NCBI GenBank assembly: GCA_016934315.1
Contig: JAFGSY010000045.1
Coordinates: 4,361 to 68,360, forward strand
Reading direction: 5' to 3'
Source of the DNA: Candidatus Anaeroferrophillus wilburensis
GTDB taxonomy: Bacteria; Desulfobacterota; Anaeroferrophillalia; Anaeroferrophillales; Anaeroferrophillaceae
DNA length: 64,000 bases
This document shows, in pieces, positions 47,754 through 57,506 of the stretch; position 1 is the stretch's first letter; every line of letters starts with the position of its first letter. A program made the translations under genes and the position numbers. Under the pieces are notes generated by a model. The model ran no database searches and was not told the DNA's origin. It worked only from the letters and a program-made list of their open reading frames with translations.

Positions 47754-48605
47754 ATGTCAGATCTGCAAAACAACGAGGGCATCATCGGGACAACCGGAGC
47801 CGCAACAATGGTTCGCAAAATTCCCCTTGTGCTGTCAGCTGGCACCCTCTTCCACCTGAAGCTGTCGGAAGCTTTTGCCATTGCCAAAGAATGCCAGTTC
47901 GACGGGGTGGAACTGATTATCAATGAGGTTTTTGAACGGCTTGACCCACGTACGATCATTGAAACCCTGATAAAAATCTGCCCGATCGCCTCGATTCACG
48001 CCCCTTTTTTTAAGATTTCCGGGTGGGGAAACCAGGTTAAAACCCTGCTCAGAACCATTGACCTTGCGAATGAATTTCAGATACCCCTGGTCAATTTCCA
48101 TCCACCGCTATGGCTGCCACCGGAATTTACTTTCTGGCGCTGGTTTCGTCAGGTAAAAGATTTCCAGCAGTTGACACCTGACAACCAGACCATAATCACC
48201 ATTGAAAATATGCCCTACGTCGGCAACCGAATCCGCTTCAATCCCAACATGCTGCGCAAGACCGAGGATATGGTCAGGTTTATCGAAAAGCACAATCTGT
48301 ACATGACTTTCGACACCACCCATCTCGGCTCTCACAACCCTAACTTTCTCAACGGCTTTAAGGAATTCTACCAAACCGGACGCATTCGCAACATTCATTT
48401 CAGCGACTACGGTCATGGCCGGGAACACCTGTTCCCCGGTCGCGGCCTCCTGCCCCTCACCCGCTTCCTTTACCTGCTAAAACGACTGAACTATGAGGGC
48501 GCCATAACGGTTGAACTGAGTCCGGCAGAACTGCCTCCCACCACCAAAATGATTATTACCAGCCTGCGGGACCTGCGGGAATATCTGGTGGTCGAAACCA
48601 GCTGA
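47754..48605 (+). CDS. sugar-phosphate isomerase/epimerase (xylose-isomerase-like TIM barrel) family protein
   Basis: 283 aa. AP-endonuclease-2/TIM-barrel-like pattern (FDGVELI...HAPF...TFDTTHLG...EL). Probable start MVRKIPL at 47808. Confidence 0.55.
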   Translation: MSDLQNNEGIIGTTGAATMVRKIPLVLSAGTLFHLKLSEAFAIAKECQFDGVELIINEVFERLDPRTIIETLIKICPIASIHAPFFKISGWGNQVKTLLRTIDLANEFQIPLVNFHPPLWLPPEFTFWRWFRQVKDFQQLTPDNQTIITIENMPYVGNRIRFNPNMLRKTEDMVRFIEKHNLYMTFDTTHLGSHNPNFLNGFKEFYQTGRIRNIHFSDYGHGREHLFPGRGLLPLTRFLYLLKRLNYEGAITVELSPAELPPTTKMIITSLRDLREYLVVETS

Positions 48606-48700
48606 CACCGTAACGGCTCCAGATTCGAAGCAGGCTTATGCCCCTGAGAGTGCAAAACCTGAGTAATCGATTGCACAATCAAAAAGATGGCATTGTCACC
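48606..48700 (+). repeat. partial diverged copy (D) of the 163-nt element (central/3' portion)
   Basis: ccgtaacggctccagattcgaagcaggc ... gcaaaacctgagtaatcg aligns with copy B agtaacagctccagatttgaggcaagcaaaacctgatgaatgg (22/25 in the core). Confidence 0.5.
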
Positions 48701-48706
48701 AGGCCA

Positions 48707-49459
48707 TCAGTCCTGCCAGTTGATCAAGCCGGCCAGATATCCGGCCCCAAAACCGTTGTCGATATTCACTACACCAACACCGCCAGCACAGGAATTCAGC
48801 ATGCCGAGCAACGCCGCCATACCGCCGAAAGAGGCGCCGTAGCCGATGCTGGTGGGCACCGCAATAACTGGGCTGTCCACCAGGCCGGCAACCACACTGG
48901 GCAGCGCCCCCTCCATGCCGGCAATAACAATAATCACCGCAGCCTGACCCAGCTTTTCCCGATAAGCCAACAACCGGTGCAGGCCGGCAACCCCCACATC
49001 GATCAGCACTTCGGGTTCCTGACCCATCAGTTCAAGGGTTACCGCCGCCTCCCTGGCAGTTTTGAGATCGGAAGTCCCGGCCGTTACAATCAGCACCGTT
49101 CCCCGACCGGAAGGCTTCACCTCATGCCTCTTCAGGAGCAGAAACTCCCCCTCCTCATCATAGGTAAAACCGGGAAACAGGGGCTGCAACGCCGCTGCTT
49201 TTTCCGCTGACAGGCGGGTAACCAGAATATTGCCGGGCAAGCCCACCATATACTGAAGAATGGTGGTCAACTGGCTCACGGATTTCCCCTGGGCAAAGAC
49301 CACCTCACCGACTTTGCCGCGCAAGCCCCGATGGGTATCAAGATGAGCGACCCCCACATCCCGGTAAGGCATCTCCTTCAGGACATCCATCACCTGATCC
49401 AGGCTGATCTTCCCCTCCTGGTACTTTTCAAGCAGATCCCGCATATATCTTGTATCCAT
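48707..49459 (-). CDS. larB: nickel-pincer cofactor biosynthesis protein LarB (PurE-like carboxylase/hydrolase)
   Basis: Start at MDTRYMRDLLEKYQEG. C-terminal PurE-like fold (LIVTAGTSDL ... AGMEGALPSVVAGLVDSPVIAVPTS). Adjacent larE. Confidence 0.65.
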   Translation of the reverse strand: MDTRYMRDLLEKYQEGKISLDQVMDVLKEMPYRDVGVAHLDTHRGLRGKVGEVVFAQGKSVSQLTTILQYMVGLPGNILVTRLSAEKAAALQPLFPGFTYDEEGEFLLLKRHEVKPSGRGTVLIVTAGTSDLKTAREAAVTLELMGQEPEVLIDVGVAGLHRLLAYREKLGQAAVIIVIAGMEGALPSVVAGLVDSPVIAVPTSIGYGASFGGMAALLGMLNSCAGGVGVVNIDNGFGAGYLAGLINWQD

Positions 49460-49608
49460 GGCATGTACCTGTGAAAATACCAGCACTCAGCTGGCAGACA
49501 TTATCGCTGGCACGGGAGTGCCAGCGCCATCTTCATTTGTAAGAATAGTCCCTGATGGATATGGAAACAGGTTTCCGAACAGCACCGTCGGTCATGTCCA
49601 GTGGAATA

Positions 49609-50382
49609 TTACCGCCTTGCTCCGCCGGTCAGCGACTCAATGACAACCTGCATAAACCCCATCGACCGGATCAGCGCCTGAAATTCATCCCCCGCCACCA
49701 GCCTCCTGACCTGTTGATGGTGGTGGTCCATTGCCCGAAGAATCAGCTGCTGATCATCGATGCAGAAACGCACCGGAATGGCAAGGGCATGCGAAGTAAA
49801 CGTTTCAAGGAGGGTAAGGTGTTGCAGGAGATTCCCGGTAACTGGACCCTTAACAGCAACAGCGAGACAGGCACGGGCCGGTCGGTCCCAGCATGACAAT
49901 CCCATAATCCTGGCCTGGTGACGAATCATCTCCTTTGTCCACCCGGTGAGCCGTAATGGACTCATGATCCCCAGCTCTTCAAGGGCTTTCATTCCCGGCC
50001 GCCGGGCGGGATCATCCTGGGCATGGGTACCATCACAGACAACAGCCAGCTGCAGATCATCAGCCAAGCGCAACAGCCGGCTGAAAAACAGGTGTTTGCA
50101 GTAATAGCAGCGCTCCGACTGCCGGCCGCTCCAGACCTTCTCCATCTCCTGCAGGGAAAGGGTTTCCACCAGGCCGCCAACCGCCTGGATGACGGATAAT
50201 GCCGCCTGCCGTTCTCCATCAAGCAATCCTGGATGATCTATAAAAACCGCCCTGAAAGGGATATCAGCCTCGGTCCGCAGCACTTCAAGGAGCAGTGAGC
50301 TATCAACTCCTCCAGAGTAGGCAAGGAGCAGCGAAGGAAAAGAACGGAGGCAGGCAGTCAGCTGTTCAAGGGGAAAGGTCAT
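49609..50382 (-). CDS. larE: PP-loop ATP pyrophosphatase LarE-like (sulfur transferase of NPN cofactor pathway)
   Basis: LLAYSGGVDSSLL PP-loop. Cys residues CYYCKH and downstream Cys suggest Fe-S-dependent LarE subtype. QueC is an alternative, but adjacency to larB favours LarE. Confidence 0.6.
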   Translation of the reverse strand: MTFPLEQLTACLRSFPSLLLAYSGGVDSSLLLEVLRTEADIPFRAVFIDHPGLLDGERQAALSVIQAVGGLVETLSLQEMEKVWSGRQSERCYYCKHLFFSRLLRLADDLQLAVVCDGTHAQDDPARRPGMKALEELGIMSPLRLTGWTKEMIRHQARIMGLSCWDRPARACLAVAVKGPVTGNLLQHLTLLETFTSHALAIPVRFCIDDQQLILRAMDHHHQQVRRLVAGDEFQALIRSMGFMQVVIESLTGGARR

Positions 50383-50397
50383 GACAAGGCAAAAGAG

Positions 50398-51123
50398 CTA
50401 ATGAATCAGCAGGTTTTCCAAATCGATCCTGTCCGGCTGAAGATTCCACTGTTCCAGCACGGCAATCAGGGTTTCCCAAATCAACCCGTCAAACAACTTC
50501 TCGGGTTGATCGCCCAGTTCATCCAGCAAGCGGCCGTCAACCTTGGCAGCCAGAGCCCCGTGAATCTCCTGTTTCAACTGCTTGACTTGCTCAGGAGAGG
50601 GAAGCACCGTCTCGCCGGCAACATAGCATAGTTTGACATCAACTCCCAACACTTGAAGGCCATGGAGGGAATAGAGGGGATAATGAAATCGAAAGGCAAC
50701 AATCTCAGGCGGAAGTACTTCAGCCGGCAGTTCTTCATCTTCTAATTCGCTCAGTTGCCGGGTAATAATATCAGCGATGGCAATCTCGCGCGGCCCTGTC
50801 CTGATGATTGGCTGGTGCCGGAAGACCCCGAGGGCCAGATAAAACTGCAGGATGAGCAGCAGCCCACCCGCTCCCACTGCAAGGAGAAAAAACAATGGTT
50901 GCAGAACAGCCAGCCGGCCACCCTGCTCGCCACCTCCCGGTTCAACCGCAACAGGTTCGTTGGTGACCGGTGTACCAACAGTTCTCTCCACTTCAGGAAC
51001 CGGTTCCTCTTCCTGTTCCTGAAGGTTGTCCGAGAGGTCGTCAAAATCGAAATCCTCCAGGAAGTCATCATCCTCAAGCAATTTATCGAGCTCAAGATCG
51101 TCAAGTTCGGTTTCCCGGCTCAT
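50398..51123 (-). CDS. hypothetical protein with acidic N-terminus and one TM helix
   Basis: 241 aa. D/E-rich N-terminal 50 aa, then hydrophobic segment LAVLQPLFFLLAVGAGGLLLILQFYLALG. No recognisable family. Confidence 0.3.
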   Translation of the reverse strand: MSRETELDDLELDKLLEDDDFLEDFDFDDLSDNLQEQEEEPVPEVERTVGTPVTNEPVAVEPGGGEQGGRLAVLQPLFFLLAVGAGGLLLILQFYLALGVFRHQPIIRTGPREIAIADIITRQLSELEDEELPAEVLPPEIVAFRFHYPLYSLHGLQVLGVDVKLCYVAGETVLPSPEQVKQLKQEIHGALAAKVDGRLLDELGDQPEKLFDGLIWETLIAVLEQWNLQPDRIDLENLLIH

Positions 51124-51163
51124 GGGCGGTACTGTCCCTCAGAAAGTTTCTATTCTTTACTGA

Positions 51164-52324
51164 TTACAAGACTCGCTCAAAAAGGGCATTGACAAAATCA
51201 TCCGCCTTAAATGGTCGGAGATCATCGAGCTGTTCACCAATCCCGATATAACGGACCGGCAGTTTCAATTCATCACAGACACCGACAATAACCCCACCTT
51301 TCGCCGTGCCGTCAAGCTTGGTCATCACCAGTCCCGTTATCCCCAGGGCTTCGTGAAACATGCGTGCCTGATTGATGGCATTCTGCCCGGTGTTGGCATC
51401 AAGAACCAGCAGAATCTCATGGGGAGCCCCGGGAAGCGCCTTGCCAACCACCCGCTTCATTTTCTTCAACTCGTCCATGAGATTCACTTTGGTATGCAGA
51501 CGGCCGGCGGTATCAATGATAACCACATCGACCTCTTTGGTCATTGCTGATGTGACCGTATCAAACGAAACGGCCGCCGGATCAGCTCCCATCTTCTGGC
51601 GGATCAGGGGCACCCCTGCCCTTTCAGACCAGACCTCCAGCTGTTCAATGGCTGCCGCCCGAAAGGTATCTGCCGCCCCGAGCATCACCTTTTTCCCCTG
51701 GGAGGCAAAGATGGCAGCCAGCTTGCCGATGGTTGTCGTTTTACCGACGCCGTTCACACCGACCGCCATGATCACGTATGGTTTTGCCGTAATCTCCCAA
51801 GGCTGCTCGGCCGTCTGGAGAATTCTGCCAATCTCCTGCTGCAAAAATCTGCGCAACTGAACCGGGTCCTCCAGCAGTTGGTGGCTGACCTGTTCCTCCA
51901 CCTCGGCAAACAAACGATAACTGGTCTGCACTCCAAGATCGGACGTCAGCAGAATCTCCTCCAGCTGCTCAAGGAACTCCTCATCAATCTCCTTCTTGCC
52001 ATAAAAAAGCGTATCCAGGGTCCCGACAAAACGTTTGCGGGTTTTCTGCAAACCGTTTTTCAACCGGGAGAACAGACCGGTCGCTCCCGCTTCCGACTCC
52101 TGTTGCGGTTGCGGAACATCCCCTCCGCCACCGTCAGCCACCGCGGTTTCTTCCTCCACCACAGGAGACTCTACGGTTGCCGAGGCCGACCCGCCTGCGG
52201 TTTCAGGCTCCACCGGCAGTTCATCCCCAGCGGCCGCCTCCTCTCCACTTTCAGCGAAGGGCTCATCCTCCTGCCGGCGCGAAAACAAGCGCCCGATAAA
52301 ACCCTTTTTTCTTGTATCCGTCAT
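51164..52324 (-). CDS. ftsY: signal recognition particle receptor FtsY
   Basis: Start at MTDTRKKGFIGRLF. Acidic A domain. NG domain with GVNGVGKTTTIGKLA and DTAGR. Confidence 0.85.
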   Translation of the reverse strand: MTDTRKKGFIGRLFSRRQEDEPFAESGEEAAAGDELPVEPETAGGSASATVESPVVEEETAVADGGGGDVPQPQQESEAGATGLFSRLKNGLQKTRKRFVGTLDTLFYGKKEIDEEFLEQLEEILLTSDLGVQTSYRLFAEVEEQVSHQLLEDPVQLRRFLQQEIGRILQTAEQPWEITAKPYVIMAVGVNGVGKTTTIGKLAAIFASQGKKVMLGAADTFRAAAIEQLEVWSERAGVPLIRQKMGADPAAVSFDTVTSAMTKEVDVVIIDTAGRLHTKVNLMDELKKMKRVVGKALPGAPHEILLVLDANTGQNAINQARMFHEALGITGLVMTKLDGTAKGGVIVGVCDELKLPVRYIGIGEQLDDLRPFKADDFVNALFERVL

Positions 52325-52358
52325 AATGCTATTCGCTCTCCGCCCTATCCTGCCGCCA

Positions 52359-55300
52359 TCATCCAGCCAACTCTTCGGCGGCCGGCAGGGGCTGCTCGGT
52401 TGTACGGTCATAGTCAGCAAGTTGTACCGACACCGCTTTGGAAACCCCATCCTCTTCCATGGTTACCCCGTAGAGAAAATCACCGATGGTCATGGTCCGC
52501 CGGTTATGGGTAATAATGAGAAACTGGCTGTGGGCGGCAAACTTTTTCACCAGCTGGTTGAAGCGGCCGATATTGGCATCATCGAGGGGGGCATCCACCT
52601 CATCAAGGACGCAAAACGGCGCCGGATTAACTTTGAAAAAGGCAAAAATCAGGGCGATGGCCAACAGGGCTTTTTCACCACCGGAAAAGAGTCGCAGATT
52701 CTGCATCCGCTTGCCCGGTGGCGCTGCCGTAATTTCGATTCCTGCTTCCCAGAGGTTGTCCTCATCGGTAATATTCAACGACGCCCGGCCGCCATCAAAC
52801 AATTCGCTGAACAATTGGGAAAAATGGTCCCGCACCTGAAAAAAGGTGGCAAGAAACTTTTCCCTGGAGGTTTTTTCCATTTTCTCGATAGCTTCACGAA
52901 CTGCCTGAATGGAAGAAAGCAGATCAGCCTCCTGCTCTTTGAGGAAATCGTAGCGTTGCTGCACCTCCTCCTCCTCTTCCAGGGCCAACAGGTTAACCTG
53001 CCCGAAATTAGCGATCCAGGAGCGAATATTTTTCAGCTTAGCAACCGCTTCATCCTCTTTGAACTCCTGCTGGGCAACCCCTGTCTCCCGCAGATGATCA
53101 GGCAGGGAAAAACCGTAGCGCTGAACAAAGGAGTCCATCAGTTGGCGCTGGCGATGTTCACTGTCCTGCAGGGCAAGCCGGGCATCAAGCAACCGGGGGC
53201 GCCAGTCAGCCAGCAACGATTCCAGTTCTCGCATATGCGCCTGCTGGCTGCCCAGCTTTTCCTCCAGGAATTCTCTTTCCCGCACCCTGCCAGCCAGCCG
53301 CTGTTCATGATCAGCGACAACCTTTTCCAAGGCCGCAATTCCCTCCCTCGTTTCATTGAGACCGGCCACCGACCCTTCAAGTTTCGCGGAATCGGCGCTG
53401 ATGTCCCGGGTCAGGGCGGCATACTGGCGATCAAGCTGTTCCCCTTCGACGGCAAACCGGTCGATCTCGCGTTTCACCTGAGCCTGCTCGGCATTCAAGG
53501 AGGCCAGAATGACCTTTTTATCAGCCAGCATTTCCTGAGCAGCAAGCATCTGCCGCTCCCCTTCCTGGTGGAGAGCGACCAGTTTGGTCAATTGCCGTTC
53601 CTGCGCTGCCCTGAGATCAGCGGCGGCGCCAATCTCTTCACTTCCGGCGGCAACTGCTTCCGCGAGATCCGCTTCCTGAACCCGCAATTGGGTCATCTCA
53701 AGATCAGCATGTCGAGCTGACGTCACGAGACGATTCTGCTCATGCAGGCTGTCGTGCAACTGGCGTTTACCCTGCCGGATAGCCTCATCAAGCGGCTCCA
53801 ATTCCTGTAGACAGGCATGATACTTTGCGCTAATAGCCGCGCCCCCGGCCTGCAGATCCTCCAACACCCGGTCCTGATCTGCAAGCTGCTGCCGGGCAAT
53901 TTCCCGATCCTGCTCAGCCTCATCCTGCTGGCGCCGCAGGGATAGCAGCTCATTGCTGCTGGTTTTTTTACTATTGCCGACCCAGAACCAGCCGTTACCA
54001 GCGTAGATTTCACCAGTTTTACTAAGGACATAGGAATCAACCGGCAATTCATCCAGCAGGGCCAGGGCGGCATCACCATCAGCAACTGCGTAGGTACGTT
54101 TGAGCAATGGCAAAACCACATCCTGAAATTCTTCTTTAACGGCGACTATATCGGCCAACGTGGGAATCACCTGAGACAGGATGGCGCAACCATCCACCGA
54201 CAAAAGGTTTTGGCGCGGCTGGAGAACAGCCACTCGATCCCGCTGCCGTTGACGGCCAATGAAAGCATGGACCACGCTCTGGTCGGCAATCACCAGTCCT
54301 TCACAAAGTTGGCGGATAAACAGTTCCAGCGGCTGTTCCCATTCAGTGGGCACCTCGGCAAAGACATCCCAGAACGAATGGAGGATACGATCGCCGGACT
54401 CGGCCCGCAAAGCCTCCTTCATCCCCTCGGTAAAACCAAAACCTTCGGAAACCTTGATATGCAGCTGATGCCACTGCCGGTCGCAAGCGGTTAACCTGTC
54501 GGCAACGTTCTGCCGTTCCTGTTCCGCCTTGCCATACTTCTCCTTCTGCGTTGCAAGATCGGCCGTCAGCTGCTCTTTCTGCCGCTGCAGCTGCTGCTGG
54601 TTTGCCTGCTGTTCAGCCAGCTCTTTTTCGAGTTTTTCCACCAGCAGCCGGCGAGCCGCCAACTCCCCTGATGCCTGCTGGCTGATATCTTCCAACTGGG
54701 AACGACGCTGCTTAAGATGCTTTATCTTCTCCTGATTGAGCAGCTGTTCATTCTTTGTCCGACTTTCCCTGGTCATCAGTTGAAAGAGCTCTTCCCGGGC
54801 GGCAGCCTGCTCACTGGCCAAACGGGCAACGGTCTGTTTTTCCGTCTCATAGGCCTCTTCACAGCTCTGACGTTCCTCATTATGCTTTTGCAGACGCGCT
54901 ACAACCTCTGACAAGAGACCTGCATGTTCCCCGGCTGTCTTCTGCAATTCGGTTTTTCTGCGCTGCAGGCGCTGCTGTCGATCACTGGCCTCTTTTAGGC
55001 GGCGCCGGACAGTTTCCTGCTCCTGGAGAAGGAACGTAATCCGGGAATGGGCGGCAACCAGCTCCTCTTTACGGCTGCTCAGCTGTTCCCGGGTCTCGTC
55101 CAGCTGCAGAGTCAGTTGACGCCCCTTGGCAGTCAAGTTATCCAACTCAGCACCAACTGACGAACGCTCCTGTTCTTTGGCTTCCACCTCGCGCTGCCAG
55201 CGTCGCACTTCCTCCCTCAAGGGACCCAGATCATCCTCCACCTGACGGTAGCGATAAACATAGAGCTGCTGATCCAGAGTTTTTTCATCCTCCTGGAGGC

Positions 55301-55958
55301 GGCGGTACTTTTTTGCCTGGCGGGCCTGTTTCTGCAGATTCTTGAGATTTTTAGCCACTTCATGGATGATATCATGGAGCCGGTCGAGATTCTCCTCACT
55401 CTCCCTGATTTTACGATAACTTTCCTGCCGCTGAATCTGGAAATTGGAAACGCCGGCCGCCTCTTCAAACATAAAGCGAATCTCGGTCGGCTTGGCGGTA
55501 ATAATGTGCGAAATCTGTCCTTGTTCGATGAAAGCATAGCCCTTGGCGCCAATGCCTGTATCACGAAAAAGCGCAGCAACATCTTTCAGGCGGCAGGGAA
55601 CTTTGGCCAGAAAGTATTCCGAATCCCCCTGACGGAACATCCGGCGGGAAATCATCAATTCCGCATACTGCTCATAGGGCGGGGGCAATGGCTGGCCACG
55701 GCCGGTCATGGTCAGATGCACCTCAGCCAGACCAGCGGGCTTGAGGCGGTTGGTTCCGTTGAAAACCATATCCCCCATCGCTTTGCCTCGCAACTGCAAA
55801 GGCCGCTGCTCCCCCATAACCCAGCGAAGAGCATCAAGGATATTGCTTTTGCCGCAGCCATTTGGCCCGACAACCACCGTAATCCCGGCATGCAACGGTA
55901 TACGGGTCCGATGGACAAAGGATTTAAACCCCTGTATGGTCAGTTCTTTGACTTTCAT
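52359..55958 (-). CDS. smc: chromosome partition protein Smc
   Basis: 1199 aa. MKVKELTIQGFKSF...GPNGCGKSNILDA Walker A. Long coiled coils. Hinge. C-terminal LSGGEKALLAIALIFA signature and DEVDAPLD. Confidence 0.9.
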   Translation of the reverse strand: MKVKELTIQGFKSFVHRTRIPLHAGITVVVGPNGCGKSNILDALRWVMGEQRPLQLRGKAMGDMVFNGTNRLKPAGLAEVHLTMTGRGQPLPPPYEQYAELMISRRMFRQGDSEYFLAKVPCRLKDVAALFRDTGIGAKGYAFIEQGQISHIITAKPTEIRFMFEEAAGVSNFQIQRQESYRKIRESEENLDRLHDIIHEVAKNLKNLQKQARQAKKYRRLQEDEKTLDQQLYVYRYRQVEDDLGPLREEVRRWQREVEAKEQERSSVGAELDNLTAKGRQLTLQLDETREQLSSRKEELVAAHSRITFLLQEQETVRRRLKEASDRQQRLQRRKTELQKTAGEHAGLLSEVVARLQKHNEERQSCEEAYETEKQTVARLASEQAAAREELFQLMTRESRTKNEQLLNQEKIKHLKQRRSQLEDISQQASGELAARRLLVEKLEKELAEQQANQQQLQRQKEQLTADLATQKEKYGKAEQERQNVADRLTACDRQWHQLHIKVSEGFGFTEGMKEALRAESGDRILHSFWDVFAEVPTEWEQPLELFIRQLCEGLVIADQSVVHAFIGRQRQRDRVAVLQPRQNLLSVDGCAILSQVIPTLADIVAVKEEFQDVVLPLLKRTYAVADGDAALALLDELPVDSYVLSKTGEIYAGNGWFWVGNSKKTSSNELLSLRRQQDEAEQDREIARQQLADQDRVLEDLQAGGAAISAKYHACLQELEPLDEAIRQGKRQLHDSLHEQNRLVTSARHADLEMTQLRVQEADLAEAVAAGSEEIGAAADLRAAQERQLTKLVALHQEGERQMLAAQEMLADKKVILASLNAEQAQVKREIDRFAVEGEQLDRQYAALTRDISADSAKLEGSVAGLNETREGIAALEKVVADHEQRLAGRVREREFLEEKLGSQQAHMRELESLLADWRPRLLDARLALQDSEHRQRQLMDSFVQRYGFSLPDHLRETGVAQQEFKEDEAVAKLKNIRSWIANFGQVNLLALEEEEEVQQRYDFLKEQEADLLSSIQAVREAIEKMEKTSREKFLATFFQVRDHFSQLFSELFDGGRASLNITDEDNLWEAGIEITAAPPGKRMQNLRLFSGGEKALLAIALIFAFFKVNPAPFCVLDEVDAPLDDANIGRFNQLVKKFAAHSQFLIITHNRRTMTIGDFLYGVTMEEDGVSKAVSVQLADYDRTTEQPLPAAEELAG

Positions 55959-56013
55959 TCTTTTCGTTTAGTCAGGCAATAGTTGACAGACATACTACTC
56001 TTAACTATACTTT

Positions 56014-56102
56014 GATGAACTCGCAACAGCTGGCAAAACCCCGCGAAAACCACATGGCAGGATAACTGTTCCAGCTTCGCGGCACGCAAAAGTTGTTAAA
56101 TC
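56014..56102 (+). repeat. short copy C (about 89 nt) of the conserved element, immediately upstream of the CNNM/CorC transporter gene
   Basis: gatgaactcgcaacagctggcaaaaccccgcgaaaaccacatggcaggataactgttccagcttcgcggcacgcaaaagttgttaaatc. Retains the 5' and 3' ends but lacks the central 75 nt. Internal ccgcgaa/ttcgcgg stem. Confidence 0.55.
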
Positions 56103-56144
56103 TAAAAGATAATTCCATTTTTGTAAAGAGAATAATCCGTCGCC

Positions 56145-57416
56145 ATGGACAGTGCCACCATTGCTCTGCTGACCGCCCTCTTCCTGCTGTTAGTACTCCT
56201 GTCAGCTTTTTTCTCCGGCACTGAAACCGCCCTGCTCACCTTTCGCCGTTACCGCCTCCGCTACTATAGCAAAAAATATGAAGGCCAGGCCAGACAACTG
56301 AAAAAAACGCTCAAGAGCCCCCAGGAATTCATCGCCACGGTCCTGGTATGCAACAATTTTGTCAATGTGGCGGCCTCGGCTCTGGCCACTTATCTGTGCG
56401 TCTATTTCTTTGGCAATAAGGGGGTGGTAATCTCTACGGTAGTCGTTACGGCAATTCTGTTAATTTTTGCCGAGATCACCCCAAAAACCTACGCAGCCTC
56501 GCGCTCTGACACCATTGCTCTGAAAATAGCCGGCCTGTTTAACCTGATTATCCGCCTGATGAGACCGATGACCCGACTAATGAACATCTTTACCAACCAG
56601 ATGATCAAGGTCCTGGACGTTGCCAGGACCGGCCACACTGAGCCCCTGTTTGATGAGGAGATCAAATCCTTCATTCTCAGCGGCCGGGAAAAAGGAGCTT
56701 TGAATCACCATGAATCGCTGATGATGCATAATATCCTGGAAATTGAAAAGGCCACTGTCAAGGAAATCATGGTTCCCCGCCAGGAAGTAACCATGATCCA
56801 CATGAACACCCCTTACGCGGAAATCCAGCGTCTGGTTAGAGATGCAGGCTATTCCCGCTATCCGGTGTTCAGCAAAAGCCAGGAAGATATTGTCGGCATC
56901 ATCCACATCAAAGACCTGCTGACCCATCAGTTCGGCAAAACCTTTTCTCTGGCCCAGATCATCAGGCCGGTACTTTTCATTCCGGAAATCATGCCCCTTG
57001 ATACCCTGCTGGAGACTTTCCGGCAGCATAAAACGCACATGGCGATTGTTGTCGATGAGTATGGCGGCATGGAAGGCCTGGTAACCGTTGAAGACCTCAT
57101 CGAAGAGATTGTCGGCGAATTAAAAGATGAGATGGATGAAGGATCTGAAGCGGAAATCATTGCCCTGAAAAATGGCACCTATCTGGTCCGGGCGGACATC
57201 TCCATCCGCCGCTTCAACCTTGAAATACCCTCCGTGCAGATTCCCGAAGAAGACCGCTACCTGCACCTGTCAGGCTTCATCCTCTCCCAGTTGGGCAGAA
57301 TCCCCGTTGCCGGCGATATCATCGAGATTGATGCCGCCAGGCTATCGGTCATCCGGGTGGCCGCAAACAAGGTTCTCCTGGTAAAGGTCATCCCCCATCC
57401 CCCAATCTCTTCTTGA
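56145..57416 (+). CDS. CNNM/HlyC/CorC-family transporter (DUF21 TM domain + CBS pair + CorC_HlyC)
   Basis: N-terminal 4-TM DUF21 with GTETAL motif. Tandem CBS. C-terminal transporter-associated domain. Confidence 0.8.
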   Translation: MDSATIALLTALFLLLVLLSAFFSGTETALLTFRRYRLRYYSKKYEGQARQLKKTLKSPQEFIATVLVCNNFVNVAASALATYLCVYFFGNKGVVISTVVVTAILLIFAEITPKTYAASRSDTIALKIAGLFNLIIRLMRPMTRLMNIFTNQMIKVLDVARTGHTEPLFDEEIKSFILSGREKGALNHHESLMMHNILEIEKATVKEIMVPRQEVTMIHMNTPYAEIQRLVRDAGYSRYPVFSKSQEDIVGIIHIKDLLTHQFGKTFSLAQIIRPVLFIPEIMPLDTLLETFRQHKTHMAIVVDEYGGMEGLVTVEDLIEEIVGELKDEMDEGSEAEIIALKNGTYLVRADISIRRFNLEIPSVQIPEEDRYLHLSGFILSQLGRIPVAGDIIEIDAARLSVIRVAANKVLLVKVIPHPPISS

Positions 57417-57506
57417 CAGCATTCCTAAAAGGGATTACAAATAAGCGATTTCAACCTTATTACTATATTGCTATACATTGACTTTAATCAAGGGAGGAGT
57501 TTTCCG

